Source: Desulfobacterales bacterium (GTDB lineage Bacteria; Desulfobacterota; Desulfobacteria; Desulfobacterales; UBA5852). Taken from it: DNA of 64,000 nucleotides. The stretch spans positions 1,568,001-1,632,000 of the forward strand of contig CAXXVS010000002.1 in assembly GCA_963674755.2 (NCBI GenBank), written 5' to 3'. Under the pieces are notes generated by a model. That model ran no database searches. It had not been told where the DNA came from and saw only the letters and a program-made list of their open reading frames with translations. This document shows positions 52,118-63,648 of the stretch, one piece after another (the stretch's first letter is position 1; the number at the start of each line of letters is the position of its first letter). A program made the translations under genes and the position numbers.

Positions 52118-53242
52118 CTATTTCGAAGAAGTATAGGGCGCGGTCCGGGGATAAGGTGCCGTGAGGGAGCCGCTGTCCCGCACGGCCATCGTCAAAATCG
52201 GCTGCCCCGGGTAATAATAGACCCCATGGGTGCGGCCCAGAACGATGCCTTCGTGGGAAGAGCGGATGACCCCGTTGCCCACCGGGCGGCCCCATACATC
52301 CCGCATTTCGGCCACCACATCCCCCTTGCCCACGCGCATGCCTGCATCCACGAGATGGTGGACGATGCAGGCTTCCTGCACCCGCGGGGTCCGCATACGG
52401 CACACCGGATAACCCGGCCGGATCACCCGGATGTCCTCGATGGCCTCGGGCTCGTCATCGAGCATGCCGGCCCAGCGCATGACATTGCGCGTCCCGGCGC
52501 AGGCCGCCTTAATGATCACGGGGTCCGGCACCAGGCCGGTGCCCAATTCGGCGGTAAAGGCGGGAATACGGCTTTTCTGCAGCACCGACCCGGAGGCGGT
52601 GCGATGGAGGTCTTCGCGGATGTAAGTATCCGCCGGGTATTCGTTCACCACGGTATGGCCATAAGCGTTCACCATCTGATCTAACTGATCGGCCAGTTCC
52701 AGGGCCCGCTGATGATCGGCCGGATCGTCTTCCCGGTAGAGAATGCGATCCCGTAGCGCAAAGGACAGGGAACCGATCCAGGCATTGTGGAAGTCGATAA
52801 AATAATCCGCTGAGGCCACAATCTCCTCGTAGAGGCGGGCATAGGCCTTTTCAAGAGAGGAAGGCGGATCGCGGTCGGGATCGCCGGCCGGAAGGGCTTT
52901 GATTTCCGGCCAGATCCGGTTGGGATCGTCGGCGGCATGGTAGGGTTTGCGCTGCATGGTGCGGAGCCCGCCCGGATTCATGGCCGGCATGGCCACGATG
53001 GTGCCCTGCAACCGCCGCAGCAGATCCTCGTTGATCAAACGGTAGATGGCCAGGGGCCCCGCCTGCTCGGATCCGTGCACGCCGGCGATCAGCCACAGGC
53101 ACGGACCGGGCGCTGATCCCCGGGCCAAAATAACGGGGAAAAATTCCATGTTCCCGGTCGGGTGGGCCAGTGCTTCCCAGCGGCCGTATTGAATCTTGCC
53201 CGCTACGGCGGTGACATCGCCAACCGTCAGCTTTTCTGCCAT
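52118..53242 (-). CDS. succinylglutamate desuccinylase/aspartoacylase (M14) family
   Basis: AGVHGSE, DPNR, IDFH, FTAELG, biotinyl-like C-terminal domain. Confidence 0.88.
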   Translation of the reverse strand: MAEKLTVGDVTAVAGKIQYGRWEALAHPTGNMEFFPVILARGSAPGPCLWLIAGVHGSEQAGPLAIYRLINEDLLRRLQGTIVAMPAMNPGGLRTMQRKPYHAADDPNRIWPEIKALPAGDPDRDPPSSLEKAYARLYEEIVASADYFIDFHNAWIGSLSFALRDRILYREDDPADHQRALELADQLDQMVNAYGHTVVNEYPADTYIREDLHRTASGSVLQKSRIPAFTAELGTGLVPDPVIIKAACAGTRNVMRWAGMLDDEPEAIEDIRVIRPGYPVCRMRTPRVQEACIVHHLVDAGMRVGKGDVVAEMRDVWGRPVGNGVIRSSHEGIVLGRTHGVYYYPGQPILTMAVRDSGSLTAPYPRTAPYTSSK

Positions 53243-53359
53243 GGTCTCCTCATCTCGTGATGCCGTGCCGCCAGGACCGGAAAAAACGTTTCCAGGAATT
53301 TTTTATCGACAGCCTCAATTTTAAGACGCGCTTGCGGCAACCGCAAGCAAGCGCCGCCT

Positions 53360-54919
<1,560 letters not shown>

Positions 54920-55123
54920 ATGCGTCCTCAGAAAAGCCGGTTTGAGTTGAGGGGGATGTAAATCATGTTTACAGCAAACCTTCCTCTGTATCAACAGCGT
55001 TTACACACCGTCACAGACTGTTTTGCCATTAAAAATTGCCCCCCTTACCATAACGTCCTGAAAAGAGTTGTTACAAAGCCGTTACAATCGCGGCCACCAC
55101 GATCCCCCGCCAGCCGGATTTAA

Positions 55124-55140
55124 CTGGCATCGATTATGCA
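55124..55140 (+). promoter_or_regulatory. sigma54 promoter 1
   Basis: CTGGCATCGATTATGCA (GG-N10-GC). Confidence 0.7.
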
Positions 55141-55150
55141 GACCCTTTCA

Positions 55151-55298
55151 CCAGCCAACATGAATTTAGGGCACGACCCCAAGTGCAAAAGGGATCGTTG
55201 TTTTAACCAGCCCTCCTGAAGGATACGCCCAAACCTCTCCGCGTATTCTTCTACCCCGCCTGTCATCTGCCGGCTTTGACAGGCGGGGTTACTTTTTT
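55151..55298 (+). ncRNA. candidate sigma54-dependent small RNA
   Basis: Lies between a sigma54 promoter and an orphan terminator; internal hairpin with a C-rich loop. Confidence 0.55.
55253..55298 (+). terminator. intrinsic terminator
   Basis: 13-bp perfect stem ACCCCGCCTGTCA/TGACAGGCGGGGT followed by TACTTTTTT. Confidence 0.85.
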
Positions 55299-55491
55299 GG
55301 GGATCCCCCACCGGCGGAGCACTGCCGAAGCCATTTCAAGAAAACACCTCGGATCGGCTGAACCGCCCGGGGGCCGCCTGTGAAACGTTTTACCCAATGA
55401 TGAGGTAACCAGACCCCGAATCCATTCTGCATATCATCACAAAATTTTATTTTTTTATATTATTTCAGCATGTTAAAAAATGAGATGAATA

Positions 55492-55507
55492 CGGCACAGG
55501 AATTGCT
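55492..55507 (+). promoter_or_regulatory. sigma54 promoter 2
   Basis: CGGCACAGGAATTGCT (GG-N10-GC), preceded by an AT-rich IHF-like tract. Confidence 0.7.
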
Positions 55508-55561
55508 TTGAACCATTCTCGATGTAAAATGAACAATGATCCAAAAGGAGGAGGTTATACA

Positions 55562-55642
55562 ATGCTGGGCGCTTTTGACAATTTCGATCTTGTTGGCCTG
55601 ACCATCGCCGTCATTTCCCTGATCAGGGTTGCCGTGGGATAA
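55562..55642 (+). CDS. 26-aa hydrophobic small protein
   Basis: MLGAFDNFDLVGLTIAVISLIRVAVG; very strong RBS AAGGAGGAGG. Confidence 0.55.
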   Translation: MLGAFDNFDLVGLTIAVISLIRVAVG

Positions 55643-55825
55643 TCGCATCAATCCGGGTTTATGATCGGGCAACAGCCTTCCCGGATGATGGCGGCCTTGA
55701 CCCCCTCGTGACACGGTCTTACCGTAACCGGCATATGGCAAAAACGGAAAGGTGGTTGCCGATATAGCCGGAAACCCCATCCCCCCAAACCTACCTTTAT
55801 TAGGAAACCATCAAAGGCGAATGGT

Positions 55826-56650
55826 GTGCCGGAACTGCCTGAAGTCCAAACGGTCGTCAACGATCTGATCGCCGCCGGTCTCGTTGGGGAGACCATTACA
55901 GGTGTCCGTGTCCGCTGGGCGGGCAGTATTGCCGATCTGGCGGCCGATGCGTTTCGGCAAGCGCTGTCCGGTCGCCGCATCACCCGCATCAGTCGACGCG
56001 CCAAATTCATTGTCTGGCAGCTGGACGACCGCCAGACCATGCTCACCCATCTGCGCATGACCGGGCGTTTCAGCCTGAACCGCCCGGGTGCGGTCTACGG
56101 CAAACACGACCACCTCGCCTTTACGCTCGCCTCGCGGCGGCAGCTCCGCTTTCAGGACACGCGTAAATTCGGCCGTTTCTATCTTGCGGATTGCGGGGCG
56201 ATCCTGGATCGCCTGGGACCGGAGCCGCTTGAGCGGCAGTTCAGTGCGCACCTTCTGGGTGCCCGCCTGGCCTCCCATCGGCGCCAGCTCAAGCCCCTGC
56301 TGCTGGACCAGCGCTTTTTAGCCGGGCTGGGCAATATCTATGTGGATGAAGCCCTGTGGGCGGCGGGTCTGCATCCCATGCGCTTGTCAGACTCCTTGGC
56401 CAAAACCGATATCCGGCGCCTGCATCGGTCCATCCGCCAGGTTCTGCGCCGTGGGCTGCGCAATATGGGCACCACCCTGGGGACCGGTGCAACCACCTTT
56501 TATTCCGTGGCGGGCAACCGCGGCCGCAACCGGGATGAACTCAAGGTTTTTCGGCAAACCGGGACGCCCTGCCCCCGCTGCCGCGCCACCATCGTCCGCA
56601 TGGTGGTGGGCCAACGCAGCACCCACATCTGCCCGGTTTGTCAAAAGTGA
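55826..56650 (+). CDS. mutM: formamidopyrimidine-DNA glycosylase
   Basis: MPELPEV, HLRMTG, DTRKFG, GLGNIY, C-terminal zinc finger. Confidence 0.97.
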   Translation: MPELPEVQTVVNDLIAAGLVGETITGVRVRWAGSIADLAADAFRQALSGRRITRISRRAKFIVWQLDDRQTMLTHLRMTGRFSLNRPGAVYGKHDHLAFTLASRRQLRFQDTRKFGRFYLADCGAILDRLGPEPLERQFSAHLLGARLASHRRQLKPLLLDQRFLAGLGNIYVDEALWAAGLHPMRLSDSLAKTDIRRLHRSIRQVLRRGLRNMGTTLGTGATTFYSVAGNRGRNRDELKVFRQTGTPCPRCRATIVRMVVGQRSTHICPVCQK

Positions 56651-56792
56651 AAAGGATGGGTTTTGTATGGCGGTGCGGATTTGAAGGGCGGCCCGCCGCC
56701 GTGGCGCGCGATAGCGCAAGCGCGGGGGCTGAAGGCTGCTAAACGTCGATCGTGGTCCGCTTCTGGTGGATCGGACTTTTTTTGCGACACCG

Positions 56793-57044
56793 TCATTTTT
56801 CTTCTTCGGCATCCCCGTTTTTGAAGACCTCCCGACGCTCGTCGTCCTCCCGGGAATTGAAGAAGGGCGAGCTGCGACGGTCCCCTCCGCCGCGCCGATG
56901 CCGCTGCCAGCGACGTTCGGGAAACATCTCAGCCGTCATCCGATGCCGCCGGTCCGCTTTTTTGCGCCGACCTCCCAGATCCCTTGTTTTCCGGCTGTCT
57001 GGTTCCGAACGGCTGTCCGATGCATCTTTTGGCGTATCGTTCAT
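56793..57044 (-). CDS. hypothetical protein with repeated (D/E)RR motifs
   Basis: RBS GGAGG; GGRRKKADRR...ERR...GGDRR...DERR. Confidence 0.55.
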   Translation of the reverse strand: MNDTPKDASDSRSEPDSRKTRDLGGRRKKADRRHRMTAEMFPERRWQRHRRGGGDRRSSPFFNSREDDERREVFKNGDAEEEK

Positions 57045-57375
57045 GGTCTCGTCCTCCGGCGACAGGTCATACGCACAGCTTTTCGCTCTGCAGGCCGCCT
57101 AGTCACGGGCGGCGCCTCCCGACAAGTCCCCCCCTGGCGTAAAGGCTCTCGTCGCACTCCTTCTTCTATAATAGCCAAATATAATATGAAATCAATCCGT
57201 TAGTTTTATTTTTGGGCAAGGCCAGTTCCGCGAGGTCTGATTCATCCCTCTTGACAGCGCGGGGCACGCGCGGTGTATAGGAAGACGCTCACCGCAAGTT
57301 TGCCCCGCGCCGCCTCACCCGCCCGACGGGTCCGGTGGAGGAAGCCCACAACTCTAACGTTGCAGGAGGTTTACC

Positions 57376-58959
57376 ATGAAAAAATGGTTTGCACTCGCTT
57401 TGGCCCTGGTGATTGCGGTCCCCATGGCCTCGGCCTTCGCCGCCACCCCCGCCGACACCCTGGTGATGGCCTGGCAGTTCGATGACATCATCACCCTGGA
57501 TCCGGCCGAAATCTTCGAATTTTCAGGGGCCGAGTATGCCGGCAATACCTATGACCGTCTGATCGGCTACGACGTGGATGATGTCAGCAAGATATACGGC
57601 GTGGCGGCGGAAAGCTGGACGGTCGCCCCGGACGGCAAGACCTTTACCTTCAAGATTCGTGACGGCATCAAATTCGCCTCGGGCAACCCCCTGACCGCCG
57701 AGGATGTGGCCTTCTCCCTTCAACGCACCGTTATCCTGGACAAGTCCCCGGCCTTCATCCTGGGGCAGTTCGGTTTCACGGCCGAGAATGTGCGCGACCG
57801 GATCAAGGCCGTGGATGCCCATACCGTGACGATCGAGACGGACCAGAAATACGCCCCGACCTTCGTGCTCTACTGCCTCACGGCCACGGTGGGCTCCGTG
57901 GTGGACAAAAAGGAAGTCATGGCCCATGAAAAAGACGGCGACCTCGGCCATGCCTGGCTGCGGACGAATTATGCCGGATCGGGCCCCTTCAAACTGAACC
58001 AGTGGAAAGCCAGCGAATTGCTGATGCTGGATGCCAACACGGCCTACTGGGACGGCGCACCGACCATGAAGCGCATCATCATCCGCCAGATTGCGGAACC
58101 GGCCACCCAGCGGCTGCTCCTGGAAAAGGGGGATATCGACATCGCCCGCAACCTCGGTCCCGACCAGATTCAGGGACTGGAGGGCAACCCCGCCGTTAAA
58201 ATTCACGCCTCCCCCAAGGGCGGCCTCTTCTACTTGGGCCTCAATCAGAAAAATGAAATCCTGAGCAAGCCCCAGGTACGCCAGGCCCTGAAGTACCTGG
58301 TGGATTACGACGGCATCGCCAACACGATCCTCAAGGGCAGCATGGTGCCCCACCAGGCGTTTCTGCCCAAAGGTTTCCTCGGTGCCCTCGAAGACAAGCC
58401 TTTCAAGCTCGATCCGGAAAAGGCCAAGCAGCTGCTGGCTGAAGCAGGCTATCCCGACGGCTTTTCCATCTCCATGGATACCCGCAACAATTTCCCCACC
58501 CTGGACATGGCCCAGGCCATCCAGTCCACCTTCGCCCTGGGGGGCGTCAAGCTGGAGATCATCCCCATGGACGGCAAGCAGGCCCTGACCAAATACCGGG
58601 CCCGCAACCACGAGATCTACATCGGCCGCTGGGGACCGGACTACCAGGACCCCCACACCAACGCCGACACCTTTGCCAAGAACCTGGACAACGCCGACGA
58701 TGCCAAGGCCAAACCCCTGGCCTGGCGCAACGCCTGGGACATCCCGGAGATGAGCCAAATAACCGACGCGGCCGTGCGGGAAAGCGATCCTCAGAAACGG
58801 GCCCAGATGTACCTGGAGCTGCAGCGCGAGCACCAGCAGAACTCGCCTTTCGTGATCATGTTCCAGGATATCGAGGTGGCCGCCGAGCGTGCCAACGTGC
58901 AGGGATTCGTGCTCGGCCCCAGCTTTGACAGCAACTTCTACCGCGACGTCACCAAATAG
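57376..58959 (+). CDS. peptide ABC transporter substrate-binding protein
   Basis: Signal peptide, TLDPA, AESWTVAPDGKTFTF, GSGPF. Confidence 0.93.
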   Translation: MKKWFALALALVIAVPMASAFAATPADTLVMAWQFDDIITLDPAEIFEFSGAEYAGNTYDRLIGYDVDDVSKIYGVAAESWTVAPDGKTFTFKIRDGIKFASGNPLTAEDVAFSLQRTVILDKSPAFILGQFGFTAENVRDRIKAVDAHTVTIETDQKYAPTFVLYCLTATVGSVVDKKEVMAHEKDGDLGHAWLRTNYAGSGPFKLNQWKASELLMLDANTAYWDGAPTMKRIIIRQIAEPATQRLLLEKGDIDIARNLGPDQIQGLEGNPAVKIHASPKGGLFYLGLNQKNEILSKPQVRQALKYLVDYDGIANTILKGSMVPHQAFLPKGFLGALEDKPFKLDPEKAKQLLAEAGYPDGFSISMDTRNNFPTLDMAQAIQSTFALGGVKLEIIPMDGKQALTKYRARNHEIYIGRWGPDYQDPHTNADTFAKNLDNADDAKAKPLAWRNAWDIPEMSQITDAAVRESDPQKRAQMYLELQREHQQNSPFVIMFQDIEVAAERANVQGFVLGPSFDSNFYRDVTK

Positions 58960-58962
58960 CCC

Positions 58963-60015
58963 ATGGGGGCAGTCTCCCAGGCATCCGGCCGGGGCCGTCG
59001 CCTGCGGCGTTACAGCCGCAAGGTGGCGGCCTTGGTGGCATCGGTCGCCCTGACCTTTCTGGGGCTGCTGCTCGTGACCTTCCTGATCGGCCGGGTGGTG
59101 CCCATTGATCCCGTTCTGGCCGCAGTGGGCGACCGAGCCCCGGCCGAAGTCTATGAACGGGTCCGCATCGAGCTGGGGCTGAACCTGCCCCTCTACCAGC
59201 AGTTTTTCATCTATCTCGGCAAAGTTCTCCAGGGCGATCTCGGCCGTTCGGTCCTGACCGCCCATCCTGTCATTTCCGACATCTTGCGGGTTTTTCCGGC
59301 TACCCTGGAACTGGCCACGGCCGCCACCCTGTTCGGCATCGTTCTGGGGATTCCCATGGGCGTCATGGCCGCCGTGCACCAGGGACGCTGGCCGGACCAG
59401 ATGCTCCGGGTGGTGGGGCTCTTCGGTTATTCCGTGCCGGTGTTCTGGCTGGGCCTGATGGGGCTGCTGCTCTTCTATGGCCGGCTGGATTGGGTGCCGG
59501 GCCCCGGACGGCTGGATGTCTTCTATGAAGGGCTGGTGCCGGCCAAGACGGGCGTCATCCTCATCGACAGCGCCCTGGCCGGCGATTGGACCATCTTCCG
59601 CAACGCCCTGGCCCATATCGTTTTGCCGGCCGCCATCCTGGGTTACTACAGCCTGGCCTATATCAGCCGCATGACCCGCAGTTTCATGCTGGAGCAGCTC
59701 AACCAGGAGTATATCACCACGGCCCGGGTCAAGGGTGTCAGCGAGCAGGCCGTCATCTGGCGCCACGCCCTGGGCAATGTCCGCATCCCTCTGATCACCG
59801 TGATCGCCCTGAGCTACGGCAATCTATTGGAGGGCTCGGTGCTCACGGAAACGGTTTTCGCCTGGCCGGGGCTGGGGTTCTATCTGACCCAGTCCCTGCT
59901 CAGTGCGGATATGAACGCCGTGCTGGGCGGCACCATCGTCGTCGGTTCGGTCTTCATCGGCATCAACCTGCTCTCGGACGCCCTCTACCGGCTCATGGAC
60001 CCCCGCGCACGATGA
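58963..60015 (+). CDS. peptide ABC transporter permease (DppB-like)
   Basis: FPATLEL, EYITTARVKG, ETVFAWPGLG. Confidence 0.93.
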   Translation: MGAVSQASGRGRRLRRYSRKVAALVASVALTFLGLLLVTFLIGRVVPIDPVLAAVGDRAPAEVYERVRIELGLNLPLYQQFFIYLGKVLQGDLGRSVLTAHPVISDILRVFPATLELATAATLFGIVLGIPMGVMAAVHQGRWPDQMLRVVGLFGYSVPVFWLGLMGLLLFYGRLDWVPGPGRLDVFYEGLVPAKTGVILIDSALAGDWTIFRNALAHIVLPAAILGYYSLAYISRMTRSFMLEQLNQEYITTARVKGVSEQAVIWRHALGNVRIPLITVIALSYGNLLEGSVLTETVFAWPGLGFYLTQSLLSADMNAVLGGTIVVGSVFIGINLLSDALYRLMDPRAR

Positions 60016-60959
60016 CGACCTCTCCCAGCGATAGCATGCCTATTCCCGAAGGCCGATGGTCCGGGCTTCGCCAGTGGCTCATGTCCACGGCCCCCCAATC
60101 GCGCCGCCAGGCCCGCCTGGGCCGCGCCTATCTGGCCTGGCTGAATTTCACGGAAAACCGTCTGGCCGTGGTCGGCCTGGCCATCATTCTGCTGCTGATC
60201 GCCACGGCCGCCCTGGCGCCCACCATCGCGCCCTATCCCCCCAATGCCCCGGATTTGGCGGCCCGCCTGGCCTCCCCGTCCGCCGCCCACTGGCTGGGCA
60301 CGGACGAACTGGGTCGCGACATTCTCTCCCGCATCATCTATGGATCAAGGCTGACCCTGTACGTCATCGTCCTGGTGGCCGTCATCGCGGCCCCCGTGGG
60401 CCTTCTGATCGGCACCGTGGCCGGCTATGCCGGCGGCTGGCTGGACACCGTCCTGATGCGCATCACGGACATTTTTCTGGCCTTCCCCAAACTCATCCTG
60501 GCCCTGGCCTTTGTCGCCGCCCTGGGGCCGGGCATCGAAAACGCCATCATCGCCATTGCCATCACCTCCTGGCCCCCCTATGCCCGCATTGCCCGGGCGG
60601 AGACCATCACCATCCGCAAGGCCGATTTCATCAAGGCCGCCCGGCTCCAGGGCGCCGGCCCGGCCCGGCTCGTCTGGGGCCATATCATGCCCCTGTGCCT
60701 CTCCTCCCTGATCGTTCGCGTAACCCTGGACATGGCCGGCATCATCCTCACGGCGGCCGGTCTGGGCTTTCTGGGGCTGGGGGCCCAGCCGCCCCTGCCC
60801 GAATGGGGGGCCATGATTTCCAGCGGGCGCAAATATATGCTGGATCAATGGTGGGTCGCCGCCATGCCCGGTATCGCCATCTTCGTGGTCAGCCTGGGGT
60901 TCAATCTGCTGGGCGACGGGCTGCGGGACGTCCTGGACCCCAAGCGGGAGGGCCGCTGA
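60012..60959 (+). CDS. peptide ABC transporter permease (DppC-like)
   Basis: HWLGTDELGRD, LGFLGLGAQPP, NLLGDGLRD. Confidence 0.93.
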   Translation: MTTSPSDSMPIPEGRWSGLRQWLMSTAPQSRRQARLGRAYLAWLNFTENRLAVVGLAIILLLIATAALAPTIAPYPPNAPDLAARLASPSAAHWLGTDELGRDILSRIIYGSRLTLYVIVLVAVIAAPVGLLIGTVAGYAGGWLDTVLMRITDIFLAFPKLILALAFVAALGPGIENAIIAIAITSWPPYARIARAETITIRKADFIKAARLQGAGPARLVWGHIMPLCLSSLIVRVTLDMAGIILTAAGLGFLGLGAQPPLPEWGAMISSGRKYMLDQWWVAAMPGIAIFVVSLGFNLLGDGLRDVLDPKREGR

Positions 60960-61802
60960 ATGGATGCCCTGCTGGATGTCCGCAATCTCAGGGTGACCTT
61001 CAAGACCCCCAAGGAAACCGTCCAGGCCGTCCGCGGGGTCAGTTTCACCATGGGCCGGGAGAAGCTCGGCATCGTGGGGGAATCGGGCTCCGGCAAGTCC
61101 GTGACCTGCCGCGCCCTCCTGGGTCTGATCCGACCGCCCGGACGAATCGCCGCGGATCATCTGCGCTTCGACGGATTGGATCTCCTCAAGATCGATTCCC
61201 GCCAGATGCGGCACATCCGGGGCCGGCGCATCGCCATGGTCATGCAGGATCCCAAGTATTCCCTGAACCCGGTCATGACGGTGGGCGCGCAGATCGCCGA
61301 AGCCTATCGCATCCACGCCCGCGCCTCTCGTTCGATTGCGCGCCGCAAGACCCTCGAGATGCTGGAGGCCGTGCGTATCCGCCATCCGGAACAGGTGTAC
61401 GATGCCTATCCCCACCAGGTTTCCGGCGGCATGGGACAGCGCATCATGATCGCCATGATGCTGATTCCCGACCCGGACCTGCTCATCGCCGACGAGCCCA
61501 CCTCCGCCCTGGATGTCACGGTCCAGTTGCAGCTCCTGGCCATCATGGACGATCTGGTGCAGGAGCGCGGCATGGGACTGGTCTTTATCAGCCACGACCT
61601 CAATCTGGTGGCCTCCTTCTGCGACCGCATCATCATCATGTATGCCGGGCGCATCATGGAAATCTGTAACGCTGCCGATCTCCAACAGGCCCGGCACCCT
61701 TACACCCGGGGGCTGCTCGATTGCCTGCCGCGCATGGACACCCCGCCCGGCAAACTTCCGGTGCTCCGGCGGGATCCGTCCTGGGAGGAAGGGGCTCCAT
61801 GA
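60960..61802 (+). CDS. peptide ABC transporter ATPase (DppD-like)
   Basis: GESGSGKS, SGGMGQR, ADEPTSALD. Confidence 0.93.
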   Translation: MDALLDVRNLRVTFKTPKETVQAVRGVSFTMGREKLGIVGESGSGKSVTCRALLGLIRPPGRIAADHLRFDGLDLLKIDSRQMRHIRGRRIAMVMQDPKYSLNPVMTVGAQIAEAYRIHARASRSIARRKTLEMLEAVRIRHPEQVYDAYPHQVSGGMGQRIMIAMMLIPDPDLLIADEPTSALDVTVQLQLLAIMDDLVQERGMGLVFISHDLNLVASFCDRIIIMYAGRIMEICNAADLQQARHPYTRGLLDCLPRMDTPPGKLPVLRRDPSWEEGAP

Positions 61803-62620
61803 TCCGGGTACGCGACCTGAATGTCACTTTCGGCCGGGGACGAGGCGCCATGCATGCCGTGCAGGGCGTCTCTTTCGACGTCGGCGCCGGTGAAATCTTC
61901 GGCATTGTGGGGGAATCGGGATCCGGCAAATCCACGGTATTAAATGCGCTCTGTGGCTTAAACCGCCGATGGAGCGGAACCGTGACCATCGACGGCGAAA
62001 CGCAATCCCCCCAGCGCAGCCGCGCCTTTCACAAGAAGGTCCAGATGGTGTTCCAGGATCCTTACGGCTCGCTCCATCCCCGCCATACGGTGGACCGCAT
62101 CCTGTCCGAACCGGTGGCCATCCACAGCCTGGGAAAGACCGAAGCCCGTGTACTGCAGGCCTTGGAAGAGGTCGGCCTGGGGCCGGCCTTCCGCTTCCGC
62201 TACCCGCACCAGCTCTCCGGCGGACAGCGCCAGCGGGTGGCCGTGGCCCGGGCCCTGATCCTGGAGCCGCGCATCCTTCTGCTGGACGAACCCACTTCAG
62301 CCCTGGATGTCTCGGTCCAGGCCGAGGTGCTCAATCTCCTGACCGGGCTGCAAGGGCGGCGCAACCTGACGTACATTTTGGTCAGCCACAACCTGGCCGT
62401 GGTGGCCCACATGTGCCGCCGGATTGCCGTCATGAATCGCGGTATTATCGTTGAGGAATTGAGCGTCGAAACCCTGCGCGAACAATCCCCCGAGCATCCC
62501 TATACCCGCCAACTGCTCAGCGCCAGCCGGGGATATGATCGTGCAGCGGCCGCCAATATCGAAGAGTTTGAAACGAACACTATGGAGAAAAAGGGGCATA
62601 CCCCGGAGGTGGATGCATGA
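61799..62620 (+). CDS. peptide ABC transporter ATPase (DppF-like)
   Basis: GESGSGKS, LSGGQRQR, LDEPTSALD. Confidence 0.93.
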   Translation: MIRVRDLNVTFGRGRGAMHAVQGVSFDVGAGEIFGIVGESGSGKSTVLNALCGLNRRWSGTVTIDGETQSPQRSRAFHKKVQMVFQDPYGSLHPRHTVDRILSEPVAIHSLGKTEARVLQALEEVGLGPAFRFRYPHQLSGGQRQRVAVARALILEPRILLLDEPTSALDVSVQAEVLNLLTGLQGRRNLTYILVSHNLAVVAHMCRRIAVMNRGIIVEELSVETLREQSPEHPYTRQLLSASRGYDRAAAANIEEFETNTMEKKGHTPEVDA

Positions 62621-63648
62621 ACACGAAGCTGGACCAACGCGTCGAAACCCTTCACCGGCAGGCATTCATCGTGGATGCCCATTTCGACCTCCCCTGGGAT
62701 GTGGCCAACCAGCGGGAGCGGGGGGCCAAACAGGTCATCGCTTCCCAGTATCAAGAACGCTTCCGGGAGGGCGGCTTCGGCCTGATCGTGTCGGCCATTT
62801 TCATTGAAAACTTCTTCCTGCCGGAAATGGGCCTGCGCCGCGCTTTGGGCCAGATCAGCCACCTGTCCGAAGAGCTGGACGAACTTTCCGACACCTTATC
62901 CCTGTGCCGCAGCCTGGAAGATATCCACGCGGCCCGGGCGGCCGGCCGCATCGGCCTGCTGCTCTCCCTGGAAGGGGCCGACCCCCTGCAGAACGATTTG
63001 AATCTGCTGCGCATCTTCTACGATCTGGGGGTCCGTGGCCTGGGACTTACCTGGAGCCGGCGCAACTACGCCGCCGACGGGTGCGCCTTCACCCCCGAGG
63101 CCGAAGTCCGCCCTTGCGGGCTGACGGATTTCGGGCGGGCCCTCGTTCAAAAGGCCGAAGCGTTGGGCATGCTGGTGGATGTGAGCCACTTGAACGAGGC
63201 CGGGTTCTGGGATGTTCTCAAAACCGCCACCAAGCCGATCATCGCCTCCCACTCCAACTGCCGGGCCCTGGTCGATACCCCCCGCAACCTGACCGACGAC
63301 CAGATCAAGGCCCTGGCCGCGGCCGGCGGGGTCATGGGGATGAACGCCATCAGCGCCTTCGTGGGGGACACCTCCCGCAAACGCAACGCGGACGACCTGC
63401 TCGATCACGTGGACCACATCGTAAGGCTCGTGGGCGTTGACCACATCGGCCTCGGCCTTGATTTCTGCAGCGGCTTCAAGGACTACCTCTCCCTGCCCCA
63501 TGCCCTGAACACCTACGACGTCCTCCCCGGCCACCATCATTTGAAGGACTTCACCACCGGCATGGTTAAACGGGGTTACAGCGACGAGGACATCCTGAAG
63601 GTGCTGGGGGGAAATTTCCTGAGAATTTATGAACAGGTCCTGAAGTAA
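62617..63648 (+). CDS. membrane dipeptidase (M19) family
   Basis: VDAHFD, SLEG, VDVSH, ASHSN, RNLTDDQI, GLDF. Confidence 0.93.
   Translation: MNTKLDQRVETLHRQAFIVDAHFDLPWDVANQRERGAKQVIASQYQERFREGGFGLIVSAIFIENFFLPEMGLRRALGQISHLSEELDELSDTLSLCRSLEDIHAARAAGRIGLLLSLEGADPLQNDLNLLRIFYDLGVRGLGLTWSRRNYAADGCAFTPEAEVRPCGLTDFGRALVQKAEALGMLVDVSHLNEAGFWDVLKTATKPIIASHSNCRALVDTPRNLTDDQIKALAAAGGVMGMNAISAFVGDTSRKRNADDLLDHVDHIVRLVGVDHIGLGLDFCSGFKDYLSLPHALNTYDVLPGHHHLKDFTTGMVKRGYSDEDILKVLGGNFLRIYEQVLK

Noticed and set aside
55141..55165. Resemblance of TCACCAGCCAACATGA to the Vibrio Qrr core
   Set aside because: Short, gapped and partly upstream of the predicted start; treated as coincidence.
55160..55219. 19-aa ORF inside the candidate sRNA
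   Set aside because: No RBS and no recognisable features.
57523..59766. Long antisense or alternative-frame ORFs (also 42651-44807, 24664-26286, 16403-17869, 5902-7128, 60056-61669)
   Set aside because: Shadow frames of well-supported genes in GC-rich DNA, with no motifs.
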